Shown here piece after piece: positions 49,348-61,629 of a DNA stretch of 64,000 nt. Each line of letters begins with the position of its first letter. The stretch's first letter is position 1. The DNA lies in assembly GCA_030390025.1 (NCBI GenBank), contig CM059425.1, forward strand, positions 163,558,001 through 163,622,000, in the 5' to 3' direction. The notes below the pieces were generated by a model, which was not told the origin of the DNA, did not search any database, and saw only the letters and a list, made by a program, of their open reading frames with translations. This DNA comes from Squalus acanthias (taxonomy: Eukaryota). The position numbers and the translations under genes were made by a program.

Positions 49348-50568
49348 TTAAGACCTCTCCCATCGGGGCCTCCTGCGGCTCGCGGTCGGCGAGTAGGGAG
49401 GCGTCCATGGCACTCTAGGCCGTGGGACCCGACTGCTCCTCCTTACCGCCCCATCCTCCAGGTCATCATCGTCCCACACCATGGGAGGAAGACCTGCGTC
49501 CACCAGGCTCATGACTGTGCCCTGGTGCCTCTTGGCCTTTGTTTTCCCCTCCTCGGGGTTAAACAACTTGCACTGGTTTACATGAAACCATTTTGTGCGT
49601 TTCGGGAGTTTTACTGCATATACCATGGGGCTCGCTTTATCCACGATATTATAAGGCCCCATGTACAGCGGCTCGAATGCCCCTACTCGGGTGTAATTAC
49701 GGACCATTACCTGGTCTCCCACCTCCCACTCGTGGGTTCTCTGGGGTTCTAACAGCAGCCGATTTTTCTGGTGCTGGCTCCCCAGGTTACTGGTTGCCTG
49801 CCAGTGAATCCGTTTCAAGGTATCGTACAGATTCTGGACAAACCTGTCCCGGTTTACCTCCCTGAGCTGCGCTTCGGTGAGGACCAGCGCCAACACGTGG
49901 GTTGGGGTGCGCATAATCCTCCCGGTCATAAGCTCGTGTGGGGAGTACCCTGTGCTTCTGGAGGGGCTGACCCAGACACCCATTAAGACTACAGGCAAGA
50001 CTTCGTCTCATCTCTGCGGGAACAGGCCTATCTCCTTCCTCAGTCTTTCTTTCAGTGTCCGGTTCATGCGCTCCACAATCCCCGATGATTGGGGGTTGTG
50101 AGCCACATGCCACTTCCCTTGTATTCCCAAGAGTTTTAAGGTGACCTGCATCACCTGCCCCGTGAAATGGCTCCCTTGGTCGGACTCCACGACCTGTGGC
50201 AGCCCCCACCGGGAGAACACTTCCCTCACCAGGATTCTAGCTATTGCTAGCGCAGTGGCTGCTTTAGTGGTGGGTAGTGGTCCGATGAAATCGACCTGCA
50301 GGGACCGCCACGGCCCCTCTACCTTCCTAGTGTGTCCTATGGAGGCTTTCCTGCGCTGCGGATCGGGGTTATTGGCTGCGCACACCAAACAGTGCGCACA
50401 GAAAACTCGGACATCCTCCCTGAGCTGGGGCCACCACCCTGCCTCCTCTACCCTTTGCCAGGTAGGTTCCGGCCCTGGGTGTCCCGCTCCCGGGCCCCCA
50501 TGGGCCAACTGGAGGAACTCCTCTCGGTGCTGCGCTGGGACTACCCACCGATCCCCTTTGAAAAGCAT
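49348..50568 (-). pseudogene. pol: pol: integrase (HHCC, DDE core, GPY module)
   Basis: 'AH..PGAGHPG...CLVC', 'LQVDFIGPLP', 'ESDQGSHF', 'SSGIVERMNRTLK', 'YMGPYNIV'. Confidence 0.92.
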
Positions 50569-50695
50569 CCCATCTTTGATACTAATGTCTGCTGGCCCGA
50601 ACGGACCTCTATGGACTCCCCATTCTCTCTCTTTACCAGGACGGACTTAAGGACGGGATCCTGGGCTTGGACCTGCTTTAAGTCCGGGGCCAAAG

Positions 50696-51478
50696 CTACC
50701 CCCTGTGCCTCCCTTGTCCCGGATTGCTGCTACCGGACCTGCTTTGTACGGATCCCAGAATACTCCTTCCCTGGCCCCCTGTTTGGCCAGCTCGTCTGCC
50801 TTTTGGTTGCCCTCCCACTTGGGCTCTAACTTTGTGAATATAGTGATCTCCCTGGGTGCCTGTGGCCTCCAAAATTTTACCTAGCAGCGGTGCTGTTGCT
50901 AGGGGCTTCCCATCTGCGAACTTGAATCCGCGCCTGGCCCAGATTGCCAAGTATTCCGTGCATGAGTTGCACGTGAACATAGAGTCTGAGCAAATGGTGT
51001 AGGGGGTGGGGAACTCGTCGGGGTGGGTGACCATGTACGCCACCGCTGCCAGTTCGGCATGCTGAGCGCTCAGGTTGTTGGGGAGTTTAATGGCCTTCAC
51101 TATTTTAGTCGTAGGGTCATAGATTCCGCACCCGGTGAGACGCTCCCCCTTCATGACCGAACTGGACCTGTCTATATAGATGTCCCGGCCCGTCGGGTGT
51201 ATCCCGGCCCGGAATCCTTCACCTACATTCCACACCCCTTCTACCGTACACGTGGGGGCCGTCCCTGGGTAAATCATGTTGGCTGCTAGCTTTGGCTCGG
51301 TGAACCCCTGCACTCTCAAGTTCAACTGTGAGAGCAGTAATGTCCAGCGAGCAATGCGGGCACTGCTCACCGTCCCATCTTTGATTCTCCCGTCCAACAG
51401 CATCTGAGTGGGTGTGTGGTGGGTCAAGAGAACTATTGGGATGAACCCGTAAAAAGCTGAGAGAGTTTTACGGCCCAA
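50696..51478 (-). pseudogene. pol: pol: end of tether domain and catalytic RNase H
   Basis: 'RIARWTLLLS', then 'IYIDRSS', 'SAQHAELAAV', 'ICSDS'. Confidence 0.88.
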
Positions 51479-52917
51479 TGCGTGGCTAGGAGGTGCCTCT
51501 CGCAGTTGGAATATCCCTGTTCTACCTCAGTGAGAACCCTGGATGAGTATACCATGGGCCGTAGCTTGCCGTGTCGCTCCTGGAGCAACACCGCGCTCAA
51601 GTTATCCCTGCTGGCTGCTACCTCCAAGAAGAATTCTTCCCCACTGTTAATGGCTCCCAATGCGGGTGCCGTCTGCAAATCCCCTTTGAGGCGAGTGAAC
51701 GCTTCCTGGCAGTTCTGATCCCACTCCCACTTGACTCCCTTGTGGAGTCGTCGAAGCAGAGGGGCTGCCATGGCAGCGTAACCCTCTATGAAGTCCCGGC
51801 AGTACCCTGAGAGTCCCAGAAAAGACCTTACCCCGGTCACATTCTTGGGGTCTGGTAGCTCCTGTACTGCCTTCCTCCTAGCCTCGTCTATGGCCCTTTC
51901 ACCAGCCCTTACGGTCAGCCCGAGGAATTTGACTTCCTCCTGGCCGATCTGGGCTTTCTTGGGGTTGACCTTGAACCCCGCCTCCTGCAACAGCTTTAGC
52001 AGCTCATCCAGCAGTGGCCCATGGTTCTCCCCCTCTGCGGAGAATAAAAGCAGGTCGTCCACGTACTGGATTAACTGGTGGGGTCGGCTGAAGCCTTTTA
52101 ATGCGTCTGCCATGCATTGGTGGAATATGGAGGGGCTGTTGTGGAACCCCTGGGGAAGGCATGTCCATGTATACTGCTGCCCTTTAAAAGTGAATGCAAA
52201 CTTGTATTGGTCTTCCCGTCTGAGGGGAATTGACCAAAACCCGTTGGAGATATTCAACACCATGAATATGGTTGCGGTTGCTGGAATGCTCCCTATCAGA
52301 TCGGCGACAGCTGCGATTGTGGGCGCGCAAGCTGGGATGTCCTTATTAAGGACCCAATAGTCCACGGTAGCTCTCCACGACTGGTCGGGTTTCTTCACTG
52401 GCCAGAGTGGTGAGTTCACGTGGGTGGCTATTAGTCTCAACACCCCCTGTTTTACCAGGGATCCCAGTGCCGTCTCCAAGTCGGCTTCTGCCTCCCAGGG
52501 GAAACTATACTGCTTTTGTGGTCGTGACATGGGGTCCCCTTGCACCCGGACCTCTACCCCGGTCACCCTGCCACAATCGTGTTTATGGGTGGCGAATGCG
52601 GCGAGGTTGTCCCGTACATTCGCCTGGTACTGGGCTGGGGCGCTACTAACTAACTGTTCCAGGTCGTAACTCCCTTTGGGTTTCATGGTGCATACACTAC
52701 CCCCTCCTCCCTTATCTCTGGGGATCACTATCACCTCCTCTGTCTTGTCCGAGACCACTGCCCCCCACAGGCAGTGATTCCTCAGGTCCACAATGACCCG
52801 GTTGGCTAACATGAAATCAGCCCCGAGGACTCCCCACCCTGGTTGCTCCCATTTCATTAGCACGCACTTCCACGTGGTGCGGAGGGACCCTAGCTCTATT
52901 CTCAGGGGTTTGGACAT
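51433..52917 (-). pseudogene. pol: pol: protease end, reverse transcriptase and degenerate RNase H (tether)
   Basis: 'NSPLWPVKKPD', 'LPQGFHNSP', 'YVDDLL', 'FLGLSGYCR', 'YSSRVL...ERHLLA'. Confidence 0.95.
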
Positions 52918-52919
52918 TG

Positions 52920-53138
52920 CCCCCCCGCCTACTCGTTCCCTGTGAATCCCATTAGGCTAAATGGGACCTTGTTAGACCAGGGTGAATTGGTCGGGTCCTT
53001 CGAATGGACCACCGTGCTGGAAGCTCCGGTGTCCACCAAATATCTCGCCTGCACCGTCTCCACCCCCATCTTAACACAGGGCATGTCCCACTCATCATAT
53101 GTGAGCGGACACAGGTACTCAGGCTGGGCGCGTTCTAG
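52920..53138 (-). pseudogene. Aspartic protease N-terminal part, in frame with gag
   Basis: Hand translation after the gag stop: LERAQPEYLCPLTYDEWDMPCVKMGVETVQARYLVDTGASSTVVHS. Confidence 0.9.
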
Positions 53139-54334
53139 TCAGGGTGAAGGGGGACATGCGGGTGCGGTCGGCGTTATGCTGCTCACGGCAGCGTCTAGCC
53201 TTCCTTTGTCCTTCCCCAGCACCGTGCGAAGGGCGGCCACCAGAACATCAAACGGTTCATTGGTTGCCTCCTTCGCCTCGGTGACCTGGGGTTTTCGCAT
53301 GGGAGGACCCCCTCGGCCTGACCCCCACTTTTGGGCCGAGCAATCCTGCCTCCAGTGTCCCGTCTTCCCACACTTGAAACAAGTCTTAGACTCGTCAGTG
53401 TTACCCACTTCCTGACGCCATTCCTTCCTATCCCCCTTACTGGCCTTCATCTCATGTACCCTCCCCTTGTGTTTGATCTCCTCCCTGGAACCGGCCTTAA
53501 AAGCTAAGCCCAATTTCCGGAGCACGCCTGCCTCCGTGTTCACGAGTTCCTCAGAGTCAAACCATGCTTCTGCCTTGGCTTTAATCCGTGGCAGGCTGTT
53601 TGCTACCAGGGTCCTGAGCCAGTGATTTCTGGGGACCCCTAGCAGTTGCGCGCGGTCTGGCGCACCTCCAGTTGCCTTTGCGTACACCGGGCATAGCCTG
53701 TCCGCAAATGCAGCTGGTGCCTCGCTGGCCAACTGTAGAGTCCATTCCACTTGTGAGAATGGACTACCCTGGGTATGCCCCATGGCTCTCAGGATCTCCT
53801 CTTTCAACCCCTCTGTGGTGCCTCACCCCGCTTTTGTGGCTGCGGACAGGCTCTGATACAGTTTCCTGTCAAGGGAGAGCAGCATCAGCCTGTGGGTCTC
53901 GCCCTCGCTACACCCGTTGATCCACCCTACCTGCTCGACCTCCATAAAGTGAACTGAGGGGTCCCTGTCCTGTTTTAGTTTGGACAACTCTGCTACCATG
54001 GCTTGCAACTGTGGGGTGGTGAATGGGACCACGTAATCGCTCTGCAGCGGGCCCTGGTCACCGTTTGGTGTGGGTGGACCGTACTTTTGCTACCGCAGAG
54101 GATACATTGGTCTTGGTGGCGCTTCCGGCGCTGGTGGGACTTCCCTGTCCTGAACCTTATCCTCTGCTTCCTGACCCTCCTCGTCCCACTCCACCCGGGT
54201 TTCTCCTGGTGCCATTAAACAGACCATGCCTCTGGCCCCAGACAAGGCTTGGGTCAATTTTGTAATCTATTCTTTGCGGGGACCGTGATCAGAGTCTTCA
54301 TAGCCCCTACTTCTAGCTACCTTATGAGCTATTT
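53139..54334 (-). pseudogene. gag: gag (5'-deleted), capsid-like region and CCHC zinc knuckle
   Basis: 'CFKCGKTGHWRQDC'; ORFs 53823..54032 and 53139..53807 are in one frame; the frame runs up to the LTR edge with point stops. Confidence 0.88.
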
Positions 54335-54924
54335 TGCGGTGGCCAATGTCCTATAGGCCCTGCCGCAATCGGCAATTATTGTAAGTGGTTTTGCCTCGCC
54401 CGTAGCGAGCATGCTAACCCCTTTACTACAAGTTCTGGACGATAGGGATCACTGAGGACAGATTGGAACACGGACAGCGTTTTCGGGCTCCCCCATACAG
54501 TGTTTATTAAGGTTGACAAAACCACTCCACTTGCATACAGTACGAGCGGTGTGAACACGACAGTACAGTTTAAAACAGTACAACCCTGACTTGTCCAACA
54601 AGCCCCTGCCGTGCTGACTTACCACGGCCTAAAAACACCCTCCCGTGAACTAAACTATCACAGGACCCTTCCAACGCTAAATCCCCTCTGGTTTGGTAGG
54701 ATCATACAGGCAGCCCCTCACACAGCTACGTGATCTTGTGGGTGTGCAGGCTTGGCAATGCTCACCTAGATTGCCCTTGATCTTGCTTGTAGCTTCCTCC
54801 CGTACGTCTCGGCTACCTGGTTCTGTACCGGCCTTGCGGCATGCGAGTCCCAGTCTGAGTCGAAGTCCGTCTCGGTTGGAAGAGCAAGGCTCAGCTCCTC
54901 TTGACGTTCTGTTGTGGGGAGGGC

Positions 54925-54957
<33 letters not shown>

Positions 54958-55333
54958 ATCCAAAACAGCTCTCTGATATACCCCTCCAATACATAGACCG
55001 CTGTCTGTGGTTTTAATGGACACATGGCCTCAGGGAAATGGTTTCCAGGCCTCCTCCCAGGTTTGGATGGTTTAGATCTCGTTTTGATCTCCCAGCCAAT
55101 TTAATTTAACGAGCTCATCTTCTTCAGAAACAATGAGTCGCCAGCCTCATTATTCATGACTTGGGAGTGGGCCTCTCGGGCCATACGTTACCATACGAAT
55201 GCAACCTGGTTATGTCAGCCACCTTCAGCTTGAGTGTTTTTCCACAGCTTCTCCCCCCAAACAGCCTGTCCAGTTTTTAATAAGGGTATATGTTCATAAT
55301 CTAAAATCCATGGAGTCTGCGCCGACGGCCACA
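54335..55333 (-). repeat. 5' LTR, lacking the last ~13 nt of U5
   Basis: Repeat of the 3' LTR including the (GA)n tract. Confidence 0.93.
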
Positions 55334-58307
55334 GTGGAGAGGGATACAAGGAAGTGATGTGAGATGGCCTTATCTGTGATTGACACAATGGGAGTAGAGA
55401 GGCCATGTGAGATGTTAAGGTCGAAGGGGTGGCCGTGACTATGGATAGGGGAGTTTATGTGGATGGAGAGATTAAGGGAGAATAGGAGGGCAGTGAATGT
55501 AGAGGAGAGAGGGCGTGATGAGTTGAGATGGACATTGAAATCACCAAGGATGAGAAGTCATTCAGTGCAGAGGCTGAGGGAGGAAAGCAGTGAAGATATC
55601 TCCGTGATAAATTTTTATGGTACTTGGTTGGGCAGTAGAGAATGAGGATTTTAAATAAGAGACGAGAGGGGTGGAACAAGGTGAGAGGCTCAAAGGAAGA
55701 GAAGGTGCCAGAGGAGTAGGGGGACAGACCAAGGTGTGATTTGGTGATATGGCCACACCGCCACCGCTGCAGCGGTCTGGATGCGGAAAGTGGTGGAAGA
55801 TATAGCCAGGTAGGGAGGCTTTATTAAGGGGGAAGATATCATCACCCATCAGCCAAGTTTCTGTCAGGGCCATGATGTCAATGCAATCATCCACAATAAG
55901 TTCATGGATGGCAAGGGCCTTGTTCACAAGTGAACGGACATTCTGGAGGCAGATGCGAAGAGGGGATAGCTGATTCGCTAGCAAGTCCGCAGGGTCAGCA
56001 TTGGGAGGGGTGAGTGGGACAGGAAGGAGGTAGAAAAGATTAGTCCCCAGCGGGCGTACTGGGCGGGAAGGTTGGTGAGAGAGTAGGATGGGCATTTGGG
56101 GTTGCTTTTTGGAGACAGGTGTGGAGGGCAAGTACATCCAGAAGCTATTTGAAGGGTATAGTATCAGAGGTTGCACCGTGGGAATGAAGAACCAGGAGGT
56201 CTGCAGAATTGATCACAGGGCAGAAAAATGGTGAAGAAATTAGAGAACACTTTAAGATCCAGAAGCGGCGGAGTAATGGACATCGGCTCAGGAGAGTGAA
56301 TTTATGGTCAGTAACCACACTGTAGCAAAATAAAGCCAAAAATCCAGTAGGACAGTCATAAGTTCAATGGGTAACAGCAGCAGTGGAGTATGGGCTGTAG
56401 GCTAGACAAAGTTACCGTAAAACTTAAGCAACTGAATAGAAGATCAGATTCACAGCAGCTGAGACTTACAGTGTAGGCCAGGGGAGTAGCGTAGTCTTGA
56501 TGGCAGCGAAGTCCAGGAATTTGGAAGCCAAATTTGAGCAGTGATCTCACTGATGAAAACAAAGAGCAGGCGAGGTCAGGGATGAGCAGTGGGCCCAGGT
56601 AACTTTAAACTTGCAGCTTGAACTTATAGTTAGGGCTAAAATGCACCCACTATCAAAGCCAGGGGACCTTAGAACAGTGGAAGAGAGGAGGTTGGGGGAG
56701 AAAGGAAGGATGGCATCAGATGGACAAGGATAGAGTTTCACAGCAAAGGAGCTCCCTAGGGAGCTGCCAACCCAGGAGCCATCATGAGTGTGCCACACTT
56801 TCACTTCAATGATAGGAAGCATCCCATGTGAGTATGCAGCTGGTTGAAGTGAAAGTGTGCACAATATGAGAACACTGCACAGAAATAACATCAACAGACA
56901 TCTTCAAGATGTTGAACTTCTTCCATACCTGGGAATAGGTCTACCTAACAGCTGCTACCTCTTCCTAAGCAGCCCTGACAGATGCTTTTTGAGGAAGATG
57001 CCCTCATAGCCAAAAATGGTACAATTTCCAGGGTTTCCATTGAAAAGGAAACTGTTCTTCCCTCCTCCTCAGGCGCTCGCAGACTCCTGGCTCATCCTGC
57101 AATCCTTGCAGCACAGAATGCAAGGCAAAAAAATAAAATGTTGCCGATAAGAAGTGCGGCTGTCTCTTTATCAATCTGCAAATGCACTTTTAATCTCCTG
57201 CTTCAGGTTACCTGCTCTTCTGTCCTCTACATTCCCCGCACTTGACTCAGTCAGTGCTGGGAGTGCACCATCTTTAAAAATCCCAGGAGATCCCCTCCCC
57301 ATTCTCATCATGTAGAATGCACTAGCACACCCGCCAGTATGATTCCAGCAGAAAATCAGCTCTATGATTGGTGTGTGTGAAGCTTTTTTAAAAAACTTTT
57401 TATGCACTGTGACGAACTTAAAGGACAAGCTAAAACATAGATAAAAATGCATTTTTGTCATGGATTTCACTTAAAGGTAAGTGGTCATGAAGGGGGCAAA
57501 AATTCCTGGCTCCTTTCAAAGGGCTCAAAATGCATCTGGCATTCTTTGCCAAGACCAAAAGGGAGAAAGGGGGAAAAGAGGAGGGAAAAGATTAATTGAA
57601 AGGAAACCCAATACAAAACCACAAATGGAGTCTGCAGTGCTTGACTGGCAGGAGGTGGTGGCTGTGGCAACAGATGCAGGAGACGATAGGACACTTTTAA
57701 GAATCTGGCACAGTAAAGTTCCATATATTGGGTAGATGGCCCAAAATTGCATGCCACAATTTTTAGGGTCAACCTGATCCACATTTACTGCTCAAGCTCT
57801 CACACAAGCATACAGCTCTTTCATTGCATCAGATACATACCTATCCTCAGCAGGGCACACAATCAAGGTGCAGTGTATAAGTGAGAACCTTGCCACATGC
57901 ACATCTTCCAAGTCATTGTAGTTAGCTGCATGATACAAGTGACAGTCATGTGTGCAAACTGCAGGTTAGCCACATGACTGGAACTGTGCTTTGTGTTCCT
58001 ACCGCATTTCTGCTTGTACAAGATGCCTTCCTAACGAAGCGTATCTCCCTTGACATGCCTAAGTAGATCTGGCAGGTCTATAGGCTTACATACTTGGGTT
58101 TATTTAGACCACCTCAGATGCAGGCAAATCATCCCTCTGCGACTCCTCATTCTCAGTCTCCCCGAGACAAGAGCCATTCTTCAAGGGATGCACAGTGTAA
58201 CACTTCAAGGTGCTTAAAATGTGTTTTAAGTTCTCTGAAATGTTTCAATTCTAAAAAGGCAAATGAAAAATACAAAAAAAAATCAAAAAGAACAAACAAT
58301 TTAATTA

Positions 58308-59103
58308 TTTTTTTTTTGGGATGTGGTCAATGTTGGCAAGGCCTGAGAAGGTGGTGGACCCTCTCCTTGAACCGCTGCAGTCCCTCTGCTGATGGTATGG
58401 ATATTTCTCTTATGATTTTGTTCTGCAGGAGTTGTTTTACAACTGAATGGCTTTAATAGTCAACCACATATTGTGGGACTGGGATTACGGGATGGCCAGA
58501 CCAGGTAGGGGAGGTAGATGAGGGCAACACGGTGGCATAGTGGTTAGCACTGGTGCCTCACAGCGCCAGGGACCCGGGTTCGAATCTGACCTCGGGTGAC
58601 TGTCTGTGTGGAGTTTGCACATTCTCCCCGTGTCTGCGTGGGTTTCCTCCGGGTGCTCCGGTTTCCTCCCACAGTCCAAAAATGTGTGGGTTAGGTTGAT
58701 TTGGCTATGATAAATTGACCCTTAGTGTTAGGGGGGATTAAATATGTGGGGTTATGGAGATAGGATGGGATATGTTAGGTGGAATTAAATACGTGGGGTT
58801 ACGGGGGTACGGTGGGATATGTGTACTGTGGGGATTAAAGCAGGGACAGGGTACTGGATTTGGATGATCAGCCATGATCGTATTGAATGGCGGAGCAGGC
58901 TCGACGGGCCAAATGGCCTACTCCTGCTCCTAGATTCTATGTTTCTATGTTTCTATGACAGCTTTGATGGTCATTTTTCCTGTTGCTAGCCCATAATTTA
59001 CCAGATTTATTAATTTCAATGTCGCAATTTGCCATGGTGGCCACTGAACTCGTGACCTCTGGGTTGCTAGTCCAGTACCATAACAACCTGTACTACCGTA
59101 CTT
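58308..59103 (-). mobile_element. Short non-autonomous relative of the tRNA-headed LINE, interrupted by an HE1 SINE
   Basis: Minus strand head 'ggtactggactagcaacccagaggtcacgagttca', middle 'cctggtctggcc...atgtggttgact', tail 'gactgcagcggttcaag...caccaccttctc...cacatccc(A)n'. Confidence 0.65.
58522..58936 (+). mobile_element. HE1-type V-SINE
   Basis: tRNA head (tggcatagtgg, gggttcgaat), V-domain 'gtgtggagtttgcacattctccccgtgtctgcgtgggtttcctccggg', CR1-derived tail with (ctatgttt)n. Confidence 0.9.
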
Positions 59104-59819
59104 ATCAAAATGTTAAAAAAGGAGCCAAAAAGAAAAAAATGCAAATACATGAAATTCCAGCATAACGCAGCTTTAGGAAAGAAAAAGGTCAAGGGTCAGA
59201 AAGGACTTAACACTGTGACTATTTTTGAGGTGCCTAGATAGCTGCCTTTGCATTTCCTGAGAAAACCTTGGGACATCGCTGGCCAGCTGAATATCCATCA
59301 TTTTTGCAGCCTTAATGAGGCTTTCTCACTACCTGCCTTAAGTAATAAATGCTTGTTATGACAGGTGCAATGTAATTAGTTGGCTTCGTGGTGTCCACAT
59401 AGATGTGTGTTTTCTGTGAGAACGTCCCCATACAGAAACAGCTTGCAACACCAACATTATCAGCAGCAGGCTGCTACTTATTTACATAAAGAGGGCAAAC
59501 AAACCTTAAGAAAAGCATATCAGGGCCACAGGTTATCCTGTTTTCTTTTTATCCCTAAATTTGTATTGTTTGGTAAATATTTTGTGCTGATGATGGTGAA
59601 TGACTCTAATGCTGATTAATAGAATACTTTTTCACTTTTAGCATCAAGTGTGTCAGTGTCAAACATTCTCAGGTCAGGTGAGCTACAACATGACCAGACA
59701 GAGTGTAAATTTCCCTTTATTCTTCTCCAATGTTAAGAACACTCCCTTTACAGCATGTCATTTTTTTGTTGCCTACACCAGTCATCCTAATGACCTTTTT
59801 CAGTAAGATTGAAAATGTA

Positions 59820-60625
59820 GCACTACTACAATCTTTACTCAAAAATGTAATAGAAAAACATCTAGAAATGAAAATATGAGAATAGTCAACATGGGTTTCA
59901 TGCTTGACCAATCTTATTGAATTCTTTGACGAAGTAACAAAAAGAGTAGACAAGGGTAATGCAGTAAATGTAACATACCTAGATTTTCAAAAAACCTTTG
60001 ATACGGTAGACTCATGAAGAAGGTCAGAGCATGTGGAGACAGGGGACAAGTAGCAGAATGGATAGCAAACTGGCTTCAAAGCAGAGAGTAGGGGTTAAAG
60101 TTAGTTACTCAGACTGGTGGAAGGTGGGAAGTTGTGTTCCAAAGGGATTGGTACTGGGACCACTGATGCTCACCATTTACATAAATAATTTGAATTCGGG
60201 AATCGGAAGTGCAATTTCAAAATTTGCGGATGACACCAAATTGGGAGGTATAGTTAATACTGAGGAAGACTGCGGCAAAATACAAGACGACATTAATAAA
60301 CTTGCAGAATGGATGTGTAAATGACAAATGAATTTCAATATAGATAAGTGTGAGGTGGTACATAAATCTAAAAGGGAATTCAGGAGAAACTTCTTTACCC
60401 AGAGAGTGGTTAGAATGTGGAACTTGCAACCCAAAAGGAGTAGTTGAGGTGAATAGCATAGATACCTAAAAGGGGAAGATAAATAAGTACATGAGGAAGA
60501 AAGGAATAGAAGGATATGCAGACTGGGTAGGGTAGAAGGAAGCTCGTGTGGAGTATAAACACCGACACAGACCAGTTGGGCTGAATGGCCTGTTTCTGCA
60601 CTGTAAATTCTATATAATTCTATAT
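59820..60625 (+). mobile_element. Internally deleted CR1 fragment
   Basis: 'LTNLIEFF', 'ISKFADDTKLGG', 3' tail. Confidence 0.8.
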
Positions 60626-60674
60626 ACTAATGTTAAATTGAGACCAGTTTGCCCCTCCTTTCATATAGATAGAA

Positions 60675-61125
60675 AGACAGACTTGCATTTATATAGCACC
60701 TTTCACGACCACTAGACATCCCAAAGCGCTTTACAGCCAATTAAGTACTTTTGAAGTGCAGTCACTCTTGGCAACGTGACAGCCAATTTGCGCACAGCAA
60801 GCTCCCACAAACAGCAAAGTGATAATGACCAGATAATCTGTTTTTGTTATGTTGATTTAGGGATAAATATTGGCCAGGATATCGGGGATAACTCCCCTGC
60901 TCTTCTTAGAAATAGTGCCATAGGATCTTTTACGTCCACCTGAGAGGGCAGATGGGGCCTCGGTTTAATGTCTCATCCGAAAGATGGCACCTCCGACAGT
61001 GCAGCACTCCCTCAGTACTGTACTGGAGTGTCAGCCTAGATTTTTGTGCTCAAGTCTCTGGAGTGGGACTTGAACAACATTCTGACTCAGAGGCGAGGGT
61101 GCTACCAACTGAGCCACAGCTGACA
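60675..61125 (-). mobile_element. DeuSINE-like tRNA SINE (SacSINE1-type)
   Basis: Minus head 'tggctcagttggtagcac...gttcaagtccc'; tail 'aaaggtgctatataaatgcaagtc'. Confidence 0.8.
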
Positions 61126-61629
61126 CTATATATAGGACCTCAACACTTACAGAAAAAGAGAATTTTCCTCTTACTGCATTAGCCTGAGATGGGTTGAAAT
61201 GCAAGCCTCAAGGTGCAGTGTACTAACCAACTACCGTCTCCCAGTTCTAGATTGCATCACTATCTACACTTCCATGGTATCTGAATTACCAATCTTTTAA
61301 ATCTTTTGGATTGTTTGGAAGCCTGGTATATGAGATTCGGGTGTACATTCAGATTTTAAAATATTATGCAAGGGAGGATCTGGTGCCCGATGTTGACAAG
61401 GAATGATAGAACAGGAAACCAAGTTTAGAATTCACTGTATTCTAGGATCAACATTGGAACTTGAATCGAAAGATAGGCAAGAATATCCTCTAAAAAGGGA
61501 GAGAGACTATTTCTAATTGCTGTAACAATGGAGAGGCCAAAAGTCAGCAGAAACAATGTATCTGAGTTCAGTATATTTTTCCCTCTGACTTTCTGCAACC
61601 ACCTCTTCTCTTTTGTACTTCCCGAGTAC

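Larger units (their letters stand above)
45280..55333 (-). mobile_element. Endogenous retrovirus-like provirus (lokiretrovirus-like), defective
   Basis: TG...CA ends, 4-bp TSD gtgg (45276-45279 / 55334-55337), paired ~1-kb LTRs, gag-pro-RT-RH-RH-IN-env order. Confidence 0.92.
39910..56200 (-). mobile_element. One L2 LINE fragmented into 39910-40110, 43097-45279 and 55334-56200 by nested insertions
   Basis: Pieces are colinear with the L2 at 23820-26200 (tail, RT 'HSTEMALIKVTDD', EN 'CLQNVRSLVNK..ALTETWL'); sequence is continuous across the ERV TSD. Confidence 0.85.

Noticed and set aside
49178..49408. 76-aa ORF between integrase and env as a possible accessory gene
   Set aside because: Short, overlaps both neighbours and has no motif; cannot be supported without sibling copies
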